Shown here in pieces: positions 32,194-41,179 of a stretch of DNA of 64,000 nucleotides (its first letter is position 1; each line of letters opens with the position of its first letter). Position numbers and translations under genes: made by a program. The DNA is from Longimicrobiales bacterium. Lineage in GTDB: Bacteria; Gemmatimonadota; Gemmatimonadetes; Longimicrobiales; Gaopeijiaceae. The notes under the pieces were generated by a model. That model did no database searches. It saw nothing but the letters and a program-made list of their open reading frames with translations, and was not told the origin of the DNA. Where the stretch lies: assembly GCA_041690395.1 (NCBI GenBank), contig JAWLHJ010000005.1, positions 320,001 to 384,000 on the forward strand. Direction: 5' to 3'.

Positions 32194-33339
32194 TCAGGGC
32201 AGCCCGTCTCGTCCGCCCTCCTTCCAGGCGGGGCGCGGCCCGTCGGCCAGGAAGCGCACGGCCTCCACGGCGGCCTCCACCAGCGCGGCCATGTGATCGA
32301 AGTCGACCTGCTCCACCTCGTCCGACGGCTGGTGGTAGTCCTCGTGCATGTTGTAGGACGACAGCGTATGCGCAGGGATGCCCTCGACGGCGAACGGCAG
32401 GTTGTCGCTCCGGAAGAAGAAGCGCATCTCGGGCCTGGGGTCGGGGACGATCGGCGATCCGGCCTCGGTGAGCTGGTCGCCCATGGTCGTCCGCTCGTAC
32501 CCCGTCAGCCAACCCCGGCCGAAGCCGCCGGCCAGGGAGTCGGGCCGCCCGATCATCTCGATCTGGAAATCGGCGACCGTCTGCTCCAGCGGGACCAGCG
32601 GATGCTCGATATACCAACGGGTGCCGAGCAGCCCCTGCTCCTCGGCCGTGCTCAGGAGTACCACGACCGGACGTCTGGGCGGGCTCGCCACCAACGCCCT
32701 GGCGATCTCCAGGACGGCCACGGTGCCCGTCCCGTCGTCGTCCGCACCGTTGTAGATCGAGTCGCCGTCCACGGCCGGGCCGATGCCCACGTGGTCGTAG
32801 TGCGCGCCCACGATCACGTACTCGTCCTGCACCTCCGGATCGGAGCCGGGAATCAGCCCGACCACGTTGACCTCGTCCGTCAGGATCCACTCCGCGGGAA
32901 GCGTATCGAAGTCGAGCTCGGCCGACGGCAGGGCCAGTCCTCGCGCGTCCGGTCCGCCCAGGCGGGCGAGCGGGACGGGTTGGAAGTACCCGTCCTCGCC
33001 GAGGGGCTGGACGCCGGACCGCTCGAGCTCGGCGGCCAGGAAGTCGGCGGCCAGGTGCGCGCCCCTCGTTCCCGCCAGGCGTCCCTGCAGCGAATCGGCG
33101 GCGAGCGTCGACAGGAGCGCCTCGAGTCGGCTCGTCGGGCCGTCCGCGGCCGCGGCGTCCATCCCCCGGGTCGCTTCCGTTCCGGTGTCCGTCGCCGGTC
33201 CGTCGGGCTCGCCGCCGCACGCGCCCGCGGTGAGAGCCATCACGCCCACTGCCAAGAGCGTGCTGGCACGGGGGCGTGACGCTGGGGCGAGGGCACGGTA
33301 GAACCTGGCGAGGGTCTGCAGACGCTTCGGGCGGGACAT
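32194..33339 (-). CDS. M28 family metallopeptidase (probable lipoprotein)
   Basis: 'GAHYDH', 'NGADDDGTG', 'AEEQGLLG', 'YHQPSD'. Confidence 0.92.
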   Translation of the reverse strand: MSRPKRLQTLARFYRALAPASRPRASTLLAVGVMALTAGACGGEPDGPATDTGTEATRGMDAAAADGPTSRLEALLSTLAADSLQGRLAGTRGAHLAADFLAAELERSGVQPLGEDGYFQPVPLARLGGPDARGLALPSAELDFDTLPAEWILTDEVNVVGLIPGSDPEVQDEYVIVGAHYDHVGIGPAVDGDSIYNGADDDGTGTVAVLEIARALVASPPRRPVVVLLSTAEEQGLLGTRWYIEHPLVPLEQTVADFQIEMIGRPDSLAGGFGRGWLTGYERTTMGDQLTEAGSPIVPDPRPEMRFFFRSDNLPFAVEGIPAHTLSSYNMHEDYHQPSDEVEQVDFDHMAALVEAAVEAVRFLADGPRPAWKEGGRDGLP

Positions 33340-33456
33340 CGGGGGCTCCTGGAAAAGCGGGAACGGCGGTGGCTGAAGTTGGGCCTACGGTAGGCCGGGC
33401 GCCACGGCTGGCCCCGGAGCGCAGGGCAGCGCTGTCGTCGCTCCGGGAGGATCGAG

Positions 33457-33599
33457 AGTCCTTCGAAAGTCGAACGATCTCGAGGGGGGCTCTCGTGCTG
33501 ACCCCACCCGGAGAATCTCTGCGCCACACAGGGCTTCCGGAGCCTACGTCGTTCTGGGCGCGACTGAAGGGATCGTTCGAAGATCGAACGATTTCCGAG
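33457..33599. repeat. Dispersed intergenic element, copy A
   Basis: Palindrome atcgttcga-aga-tcgaacgat at 33572 plus degenerate copy 114 bp upstream; homologous to 39536-39677. Confidence 0.75.
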
Positions 33600-33735
33600 G
33601 AGCCGAGGAGAGATCACGATCCCTCCCGCTCCGGCACATCGACGATCTGCACATGTCGCCCCTTCACCGGGCCGGACCGGTCCATTAGGTTACCCGTCTG
33701 TTCAGCAACCGGCCGACCGCGTCGTGGAGTGCATC

Positions 33736-34089
33736 ATGGCGGACGTAATCAAAGAAATCGAAAAAGAGCAGCTCCGGGACGAAGTCCCCGAGTTCGCACC
33801 CGGAGACACCGTCAAGGTGCTCTATCTCGTCCGCGAGGGCGCCAAGGAGCGCATCCAGGCGTTCGAGGGCGTTTGCATCGGCCGCAAAGGCGGCGGGGTG
33901 GACGAGACCTTCACCGTCCGTAAGGTGTCGAGCGGTATCGGCGTCGAGCGTATCTTCCCGCTCCACGCGCCCACGGTGAGCGGCATCGAAGTCGTGCGCC
34001 GTGGCCGTGTGCGCCGCGCCAAGCTCTACTACCTGCGCGGCCGCCGCGGCAAGTCGGCCCGCATCGCGGAGAAGCGCACGACGCGCTGA
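33736..34089 (+). CDS. rplS: 50S ribosomal protein L19
   Basis: 'F.PGDTVKV', 'ERIQAFEGV', 'GVERIFP', '[10 protein letters not shown]'. Confidence 0.98.
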   Translation: MADVIKEIEKEQLRDEVPEFAPGDTVKVLYLVREGAKERIQAFEGVCIGRKGGGVDETFTVRKVSSGIGVERIFPLHAPTVSGIEVVRRGRVRRAKLYYLRGRRGKSARIAEKRTTR

Positions 34090-34101
34090 CGGGACCCGGC
34101 C

Positions 34102-34740
34102 GTGTCGCCGGAGTCGTCGGGGGCCCAACGACCCCAGGACCTTCTCGCTTACGAGCGTCGGTTCTGGGGTCGTGGCATGTCCGTCGCGGGCGTCGACGAA
34201 GCCGGTCGGGGCCCTTTGGCCGGCCCGGTCGTGGCCGCGGCGGTGGTCCTCCCGGAAGGAACCCTGGTCGACGGAGCCGACGATTCCAAGCGACTCGCCG
34301 AGAAGACGCGTGAAGAGCTGTTCGACCGCATTCTGGAGACGGCCCTCTGCGTCGGGATCGGCGCCGCCTCGGTGCGTGAGATCGACCGCCGCAACATCCT
34401 GCGCGCGACGACGGTGGCCATGCGCCGGGCGCTCGACCGGCTCGAGGTGGTGCCCGACCACATCGTCGTCGACGGCCTCCCGGTGAAGCACCTCGGGCGC
34501 GAGCACGACGCGGTGGTCGACGGCGACGCGCTGGTGCACAGCATCGGGTGCGCCTCGATCGTGGCCAAGGTCGTGCGGGACCGGCTCATGCGCCGGCTCT
34601 CCAGGAGATATCCAGGGTACGCGTGGGAGACGAACGTGGGGTACGGAACGCAGGCGCACCGCGACGCGCTCCGCACGCTCGGTCCCACGCCCCATCACCG
34701 CCTGACGTTCGGCGGATGCCAATTCGAGCTCGAGCTCTGA
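34102..34740 (+). CDS. rnhB: Ribonuclease HII
   Basis: 'GVDEAGRGPLAGPV', 'DSKRL', 'ASIVAKV.RD'. Confidence 0.97.
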   Translation: MSPESSGAQRPQDLLAYERRFWGRGMSVAGVDEAGRGPLAGPVVAAAVVLPEGTLVDGADDSKRLAEKTREELFDRILETALCVGIGAASVREIDRRNILRATTVAMRRALDRLEVVPDHIVVDGLPVKHLGREHDAVVDGDALVHSIGCASIVAKVVRDRLMRRLSRRYPGYAWETNVGYGTQAHRDALRTLGPTPHHRLTFGGCQFELEL

Positions 34741-34750
34741 GGGAGGACAC

Positions 34751-35152
34751 ATGCAATCCGAGCACCTCACGAATCTCCACCCGGGATGGGTCGTCGGCGG
34801 CTGGCTCATCGCCGTCTCCGTGACCGCGGCGCTCTACCTGGGCGGCATCGGGCTCGGCGTGGTCCAGGCCGGGTCGGGCGCGCTTCCCTGGCTCGTCGCC
34901 TCCATGGCCGGGGGCTTCTACGTAGGGGGGTTGTTCGTCGGGATGCGCTGGTCCGACGCGCCCATCCTGCACGGGGTCGCCATCAGCCTGGTGAGCGTGG
35001 TCGTCTGGTACCTCATGACCCTGGTCAGCGATACCGGGACCTTCGACCAGGCCGGAATCGTGCTCGGACTCGTGCTCGTCCAGCTCCTCGCTTCCGTTCT
35101 CGGCGGCCGGATGGGTCGCCGGGTCACCCTCGGCCGTTCCGTGAGTTCCTGA
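34751..35152 (+). CDS. Hypothetical four-TM membrane protein
   Basis: SD GGAGG, four hydrophobic segments, operonic spacing. Confidence 0.7.
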   Translation: MQSEHLTNLHPGWVVGGWLIAVSVTAALYLGGIGLGVVQAGSGALPWLVASMAGGFYVGGLFVGMRWSDAPILHGVAISLVSVVVWYLMTLVSDTGTFDQAGIVLGLVLVQLLASVLGGRMGRRVTLGRSVSS

Positions 35153-35156
35153 CATC

Positions 35157-35498
35157 ATGCGCTTCATCCTCCGCTCGAAGATCCACCAGGCCGTCGTCAC
35201 CGGAGCGAGCGTCGACTACGTCGGCAGCATCGCCATCGATCTCGACCTCGTCGAGCGCGCCGGGTTCATGGTCGGCGAGAAGGTCCTCGTCGTGAGCAAC
35301 ACCTCCGGGGCGCGCCTCGAGACGTACATCATCGAGGCTCCGCGCGGATCGGGAGCCGTCGAGATGAACGGCGCCGCCGCGCACCTCATCCAGAAGGGCG
35401 AGGAGATCATCATCATGGGCTTCGAGCTCGCCGACGAGCCGGTGGAGCCGAAGCTCGTCCTCGTGGACCGCGAGAACCGCTTCGTCCGGGAGATGTAG
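35157..35498 (+). CDS. panD: Aspartate 1-decarboxylase
   Basis: 'SKIH', autocleavage 'YVGSI.ID', 'RLETY', 'NGAAAH'. Confidence 0.93.
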   Translation: MRFILRSKIHQAVVTGASVDYVGSIAIDLDLVERAGFMVGEKVLVVSNTSGARLETYIIEAPRGSGAVEMNGAAAHLIQKGEEIIIMGFELADEPVEPKLVLVDRENRFVREM

Positions 35499-35504
35499 GC
35501 GCCG

Positions 35505-38177
35505 TCAGTCCGACCCTAGCGCGTCCAGCGGATCGGTGCGCGCGGCGCGACGGGCAGGGCCGAGCGAGGTCACGGTCGCGACCATCGCCACGCCAGCCAC
35601 GATGATCAGGTAGAGGCCCGGGTCCGTCGGCGACACGCCATACAGCAGGCTTTCCACCCACCGCGCCAGCACCAGCGACACGAGCACGCCGACCGCAGCC
35701 CCGGAGAGGGTGAGGACGAGCGACCGCCCGAGTACCCGCCCGACGATGTCGCGCGCTCCGGCCCCGACGGCGATCCGTAGGCCGATCTCCCGGCGCTGGC
35801 GTGAGAGCGTGTATCCCAGGATGCCGTAGAGGCCGATCAGGCTCAGCCCGAGCGCCAGGGCGCCGAACCCGCCTACGAGCGTCATGGCGAACGCCCGCCG
35901 CGCGGTGCTCTCCTGGAAGCGGGCCGCGATGGTCGTGAGCTCGTGGGGCGGGAGCGTCGGGTCGACGTCCGCGAGCACGGTCCGCAGGCTCGCACCGACC
36001 GATCCCTCGTCGACGCCGTCGGCTCGGCGGACCACGACGCCCATCCACGTCAGCCACGGCCATGTCTTCTGTGCGTAGGGGACGTAGACCACGGGTCCGG
36101 GCTCGATGTCGGGGCCGGCCAGTCGCGCGTCGGCGACCACCCCGACGATCTCTCGCCACGGTGTCTCTCCCACCCGGAACGCGATGCGGCTCCCGACGGC
36201 GCCCCCCGCCGGCCAGTGCTTCCGAGCCAGCGACTCGCTGATGACGGCTACCGGCGCGCCGTCCCGCCCGTCGGCGGGGCCGAGTGCGCGTCCTTCGACG
36301 ACAGCCTGACGCAGGGTCTCGAAGTAGCGCGGGTGGACCGCCACCAGGGGCTCGTCGTCCTCACGGCCGCTGGGGTTGGTGGCCTCTCGACCCTCGATCG
36401 CGAAGCTCATCGTCATCGACTGTCCCGAGGCGGGCGTCCATGTCGACGCGCTGGCGTCCGCGACTCCGGGAATGGCGCGTACCCGCTCCAGGAGCCCGTC
36501 GTAGAAGTCGACCTGCTCGTCGATCTCGCCGTAGCGGCCGAACGGGAGGTCTAGCTCCATGACGCTCAGGCCCTCCGGGTCGAAGCCGGGATCGACGGTG
36601 GTCACGGCCCGGAACGACTGGATGAAGAGGCCGGCGCCGACGAGCAGCACCACGGAGAACGCGACCTGACCGACCAGAAGGCCGTCCCGGAGCCGCACGT
36701 GGCCGGCGCCGGAAGTGGTGCGCGTTCCCCTGAGGGCGCGGTCGACGTCGGTCCGGGCCAGCCGTAGGGCCGGAGCCAGGCCGAAGAGCGCGGCGCAGCC
36801 GAACGCCACGGCCCCCGCGAAGGCGAGCATGCGGAGGTCCACCGACGCGCGCCCGAGAAGCGGGACGTCCGCCGGGGCCGCCGCGACCAGAACACGGAGG
36901 AGCGTCGGCGCGACGAGGGCCGCGCCGACCCCACCGAGTACCGCCAGAAGCCCGCTTTCCGTCAGCAACTGCCGCATGATCCGGCCGCGGCCGGCGCCCA
37001 TCGCGCCGCGCACCGCCATCTCGCGCTCACGGGACGCGGCCCGGGCCAGTAGGAGGTTCGCGAGGTTGCCGCACACGATCAGCAACACGACGCCCACTCC
37101 TCCGAGCAGGACCAGGAGCAGGGTCCGCACGTTCCGCGTGAGGTCGGCGTGGAACGGCACCACGTTCACGCCCCACCCGGTCATCTGGGCCGGGTGCTCC
37201 TCGGCGATGGCACGGGCGAGCTGGCTCATCTCGGCCTGCGCCGCGCCGACCGAGACGCCTTCGCGGAGCAGGCCGATCACCGAGAAGTTGTGGCTGGTGC
37301 GCTCCGTCGGGTCGAGCCGGTCGTCGGGCATGGCCCGCCACAGGTCGACGTTCGCCGTCGGATAATCGAAGCCCGCCGGCATGACGCCCACGACCGTGTG
37401 GGGAACGTCGTTCAGGACGATGCGGGTCCCGAGGACACCGGGATCGCCGCCGAGGCGCGTCCGCCAGAACCCGTTGGCCAGCACGACCGCGTCGCCTCCG
37501 CTCCCGTCCGCCGGCAGGAGGGTCCGGCCGAGATGCGGCGTCGTGCCGAGGGCGGTGAACGCCTCGGGCTCGAGGTCGAGCACGCGGACCCGGGCTGCGT
37601 CGCCCAGGCCGGTGAGCGACACACCGTACGGCCCGCTCTGCGCCGCGACGACCTCGAACGAGGAAGCGTTCTCCTGCCAGTCGACCACGTTCCCCGACGA
37701 GACCACGTTGCGCGTCGCCCCCTGCGGTGACGTCTCCCAGATGCGGACCAGGCGGTCGGGGTGCGCATAGGGCAGGGGAGCGAGCAGGACCGCATCCACC
37801 ACGCTGAAGATGGACGTCGTCGCACCGATGCCGGCCGCGAGCGTACCGACCGCCACGAGGGTGAAGACTGGTGCGCGCCTGAGCGACCGGAGGCCGTACC
37901 GGACGTCCTGGACGAGCTCGGCGAGCCAGGCGCGGCGGCTCTCCCGCCGGTGGGCGCGCTCGTCGATCCGGTCGCACGCCTCGGTGATCCGCCGCTCGTC
38001 CCCGATCCGGTCGCGCGCGGCCGCGCGGGCCTCGCGCTCGGACATGCCGCCGGCCATGTAGTCCCGCACCCGCATCTCGAAGTGGAAGCGGAGCTCCTCG
38101 TCGGCGTCGCGCTCGGACGGTCGCCCGAGCACTCGGGCCATGAGGCCGCGCAGCCGGTCCGACCCGCGGGGCCTCAT
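35505..38177 (-). CDS. ADOP-type duplicated ABC permease
   Basis: 'DEELRFHFEM', 'QDVRYGLRSLRRAP', 'NLANLLLAR', 'REIGLRIAVGA'. Confidence 0.92.
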   Translation of the reverse strand: MRPRGSDRLRGLMARVLGRPSERDADEELRFHFEMRVRDYMAGGMSEREARAAARDRIGDERRITEACDRIDERAHRRESRRAWLAELVQDVRYGLRSLRRAPVFTLVAVGTLAAGIGATTSIFSVVDAVLLAPLPYAHPDRLVRIWETSPQGATRNVVSSGNVVDWQENASSFEVVAAQSGPYGVSLTGLGDAARVRVLDLEPEAFTALGTTPHLGRTLLPADGSGGDAVVLANGFWRTRLGGDPGVLGTRIVLNDVPHTVVGVMPAGFDYPTANVDLWRAMPDDRLDPTERTSHNFSVIGLLREGVSVGAAQAEMSQLARAIAEEHPAQMTGWGVNVVPFHADLTRNVRTLLLVLLGGVGVVLLIVCGNLANLLLARAASREREMAVRGAMGAGRGRIMRQLLTESGLLAVLGGVGAALVAPTLLRVLVAAAPADVPLLGRASVDLRMLAFAGAVAFGCAALFGLAPALRLARTDVDRALRGTRTTSGAGHVRLRDGLLVGQVAFSVVLLVGAGLFIQSFRAVTTVDPGFDPEGLSVMELDLPFGRYGEIDEQVDFYDGLLERVRAIPGVADASASTWTPASGQSMTMSFAIEGREATNPSGREDDEPLVAVHPRYFETLRQAVVEGRALGPADGRDGAPVAVISESLARKHWPAGGAVGSRIAFRVGETPWREIVGVVADARLAGPDIEPGPVVYVPYAQKTWPWLTWMGVVVRRADGVDEGSVGASLRTVLADVDPTLPPHELTTIAARFQESTARRAFAMTLVGGFGALALGLSLIGLYGILGYTLSRQRREIGLRIAVGAGARDIVGRVLGRSLVLTLSGAAVGVLVSLVLARWVESLLYGVSPTDPGLYLIIVAGVAMVATVTSLGPARRAARTDPLDALGSD

Positions 38178-38527
38178 GCGTCACCCCCGGCGATCGCGGT
38201 TGCGACCAGCGCGCGCCGCACCACCCGGACCATCGTGCCCCAACGCTCCGTCTTGGCTTCGAACGCGGCGCGCCCCTCCGCGGTCAGCTCGTAGAACTTC
38301 GCCCGCCGGTTGTTCTCCGACGTGCCCCACGACGAAGCCAGCCACCCCTTCGCCTTCATGCGATGGAGGGCGGGGTACAGCGAGCCCTCCTCCACGCGCA
38401 GCGCGTCGTCGGTGACTTCTTCGATCCAGCGCGCGATCCCGTATCCGTGCGCGGGTCCCTCGCTGAGCGCCTTCAGGATCAGGAGCTCCAGCGTTCCCTG
38501 AAGCAGCCCCCGCTCGTCTTCGAACAT
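38174..38527 (-). CDS. PadR family transcriptional regulator
   Basis: 'LQGTLELLILKAL', 'HGYGI', 'EEGSLYPALHR', 'NRRAKFY'; ATGA overlap with permease. Confidence 0.93.
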   Translation of the reverse strand: MFEDERGLLQGTLELLILKALSEGPAHGYGIARWIEEVTDDALRVEEGSLYPALHRMKAKGWLASSWGTSENNRRAKFYELTAEGRAAFEAKTERWGTMVRVVRRALVATAIAGGDA

Positions 38528-38600
38528 CGTCGTCCCCTCCGCTTCGTCCCCGTGTGATCTCGCCCCGAGTGATCTCGCCCCGTGAGAGGTGATCTCCACT

Positions 38601-38652
38601 CCCATAGACTCCGAAGGGAAGCTTGGGGTTGGAAGCATAGACATGCAAGGGG
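38601..38652. promoter_or_regulatory. Candidate PadR operator pair
   Basis: catagac-N4/5-aaggg twice, 33 bp apart (38603, 38636), upstream of PadR. Confidence 0.5.
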
Positions 38653-38932
38653 AGGGCTGCGAAGGGCACAGCGTGGCGAACGCGCCGAGCAGGAGCAGCG
38701 TCGGCCGGATCTCCCAGGCGGCCTCACGCGCGGGGCCGGCCAGCGCGGCGGCGTCCGACTCCGAGCCTGAGTCCGGGCGTAGGTCACGGGCATGTGATTG
38801 CGGTGACCGGCCGGGCGGGTCAAGATCGAGAGAAGACGAGTCCCCCTGTCCACCGCGTTCCGCTCGGAGTCGCTCATGTCCGGTCCTGTCCGTCGTTCTC
38901 CCTCCACCTCGAAGCCCAGACACACCCCGGCG

Positions 38933-39484
38933 ATGCGCTCCGCCGTGCGTGCCGCACTGGCGTTCGCGCTGCTGGCTGCCGCTCCGGCCTTCGCCGAGGG
39001 TCAGGCCGCACCCGCGTACGATCCCGAGGCACGTCTCGCCGAGATGGGCATCGAGCTACCCGTGCCCGCCGAGATGCGCACCCAGTCCTTCGACCGCGTG
39101 GTGCAGACGGGGAATCTGGTCTTCACCTCGGGCCACGGTGCCTGCGGCGAGTGGGACGGGACGGGTCGCGGGAAGGTGCCGAGCGCGGTGAGCGTCGAGG
39201 AGGCCCAGGCCACCGCCCGCCAGGTGGGCATCTGCCTCCTGGGATCCCTCAAGGCCCATCTCGGTGACCTGAGCCGCGTGAGGCGCATCGTGAAGGTCCT
39301 GGGCATGGTGAACTCGGAGCCGGACTTCACGGGTCAGTCCCAGGTGATGAACGGGTTCAGCTTCTTCATGCAGGAGGTCTTCGGCGAGGCCGGGCACCAC
39401 GCGCGGTCCGCGGTGGGGATGGCGGCCCTTCCGGTGGACTTCACGGTCGAGATCGAGATGGTGGTGGAGGTCGCGAACGACTGA
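38933..39484 (+). CDS. Rid (YjgF/YER057c/UK114) family protein with signal peptide
   Basis: 'GNLVFTSGH', 'VKVLGMVNS', 'HARSAVG...LP....VEIE'; N-terminus 'MRSAVRAALAFALLAAAPAFA'. Confidence 0.9.
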   Translation: MRSAVRAALAFALLAAAPAFAEGQAAPAYDPEARLAEMGIELPVPAEMRTQSFDRVVQTGNLVFTSGHGACGEWDGTGRGKVPSAVSVEEAQATARQVGICLLGSLKAHLGDLSRVRRIVKVLGMVNSEPDFTGQSQVMNGFSFFMQEVFGEAGHHARSAVGMAALPVDFTVEIEMVVEVAND

Positions 39485-39535
39485 CCCGCGCTCGCCAGGG
39501 CGGAGCGGTGTAGGGCGGCCAGAACGCCGGTCGAA

Positions 39536-39677
39536 AGTCGTTCGAAATTCGAATGAAGTCGAAAGCAATCTCGGTGGTGGGCGGCGCCCGTTTTCCCGCG
39601 CCATACCGGCGCTTCCGCGGCTGACGGGGCCGGCGGCATGTCGGAACAGATCGTTCGAAGATCGAACGATTCCCGAG
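39536..39677. repeat. Dispersed intergenic element, copy B
   Basis: gatcgttcgaagatcgaacgattcccgag at 39649 (28/29 identical to 33571); degenerate palindrome 113 bp upstream. Confidence 0.75.
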
Positions 39678-39784
39678 ACGGCGGAAAAGAGCGCGATGCC
39701 GCGTGGCGCCCGAGGCCCGACAGAGCGGGCGTGCAGATGCTGGAGTAGGTTGCAGGATCCCCCATGCCGACCCCGGAGGACCCC

Positions 39785-41104
39785 ATGAGCACCCCACCCC
39801 TCGACCGCCGCAGCTTCGTCCGCCTCTTCGCCGCCGGAGGCTCGGCCGCGCTGCTGGGCGCGCCCGGATTCGAGGAGCTCCGGGACCGGTGGGGTGCCGT
39901 GAGCCACCCGTCGGGCCGGATCGGCGACCCGTGGGGCCCCGTCCGGCGCCCCAGCGGGGACGTGGACTGGGCCGCCGTCCGCGCGCAGTTCCTCATGCCG
40001 CCCGACCTCTCGGTCATGAACGCGGCGAACCTGTGCCCGTCGTCGATGCCCGTGCTCGAGGTGCTCGACGCGGCCAACCGCAGCCTGGACCGTGACCCCG
40101 TGCCGAGCGTCCGCTCCGACATGCTGGGCGCCAAGGAGGTGACCCGCGACAAGCTGGCCGCGTTCCTGCGCGTCACGCCCGAGGAGATCCTGCTCACGCG
40201 CAACACGAGCGAGGCCAACAACTGGGTGTCCGCCGGGCTCGATCTCGGCCCCGGCGACGAGGTGCTCCTCTTCTCGGACAACCATCCCAGCAACAACCAG
40301 GCGTGGAAGGCGCGGGCCGAGCGCTTCGGCTACACCGTGCGGGAGGTCGACCCCGTCACGCCGCATCCGGGCTCCGACTACTACCTCGACGCGTTCGCGC
40401 GGGCCATCACGCCGCGGACACGGGTGCTCGCGTTCACGCACCTGACCAACACCGCCGGCGACGTCCTGCCGGCCCGCGAGCTGTGCGCGCTGGCACGCGA
40501 GCGCGGCGTCCTCTCGGTGGTCGACGGCGCGCAGTCGTTCGGCCTGTTCGACATCGATCTGTCCGCCATGCGTCCCGACTTCTTCAGCGGGAGCGCCCAC
40601 AAGTGGCCGTGCGGCCCGAAGGAGACCGGGCTGCTCTCCGTGTCCGCCGACGTCCACGACCGGTTTCACCCGTCCATCGTCAGCGCATACACGGGCTCAC
40701 GCGGGCTCGCGCGCACGCACGAGGGGCTCGGTCAGCGCGACGAGCCGGCGCTGCGTGCGTTCGGGCGGCAGATCGACTTCCTGAGCGAGATCGGCCAGCA
40801 CGAGATCGAGGCGCGGAGCCGCGAGCTCGCCACGGCGCTCGTCGAGGAGCTCGGTAGGCTCGACGGCGTGCGCATGTGGACGTCCACCGAACCCGCGCTG
40901 CGGGCGGCCGTGGTCACCTTCCAGCCGGGCGAGCTCGAGCCGTCGCGGGTGATCGATGCGCTCGAAGCGGACGGCATCGTCGCGGCGTCACGGGGCGGGA
41001 GCGACCGGCCGGGCATCCGGTTCTCACCGCACTACTACAACTCGTTCGAGGACGTGGAGCGCGGGGTGGAAGCGATCGGGAGGTATTTGCGGCAGGGGCT
41101 CTGA
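39785..41104 (+). CDS. Class V PLP-dependent aminotransferase (isopenicillin-N epimerase/cysteine desulfurase-like) with Tat signal
   Basis: 'DRRSFV' twin-Arg; 'VDGAQ', 'SAHKW..GP', 'IRFSPHYYN'. Confidence 0.88.
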   Translation: MSTPPLDRRSFVRLFAAGGSAALLGAPGFEELRDRWGAVSHPSGRIGDPWGPVRRPSGDVDWAAVRAQFLMPPDLSVMNAANLCPSSMPVLEVLDAANRSLDRDPVPSVRSDMLGAKEVTRDKLAAFLRVTPEEILLTRNTSEANNWVSAGLDLGPGDEVLLFSDNHPSNNQAWKARAERFGYTVREVDPVTPHPGSDYYLDAFARAITPRTRVLAFTHLTNTAGDVLPARELCALARERGVLSVVDGAQSFGLFDIDLSAMRPDFFSGSAHKWPCGPKETGLLSVSADVHDRFHPSIVSAYTGSRGLARTHEGLGQRDEPALRAFGRQIDFLSEIGQHEIEARSRELATALVEELGRLDGVRMWTSTEPALRAAVVTFQPGELEPSRVIDALEADGIVAASRGGSDRPGIRFSPHYYNSFEDVERGVEAIGRYLRQGL

Positions 41105-41179
41105 CGGCCCGGTCACAAGCGCGACGGCTCGCTCGTTGGAATCACGATGTCCGTCCCACGAAGTCCGGAGGTCATTCGT

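Noticed and set aside
33571..33592. LexA (Cheo) box
   Set aside because: Half-sites are in the opposite orientation (GTTCG..CGAAC) and spacing does not match GAAC-N4-GTTC
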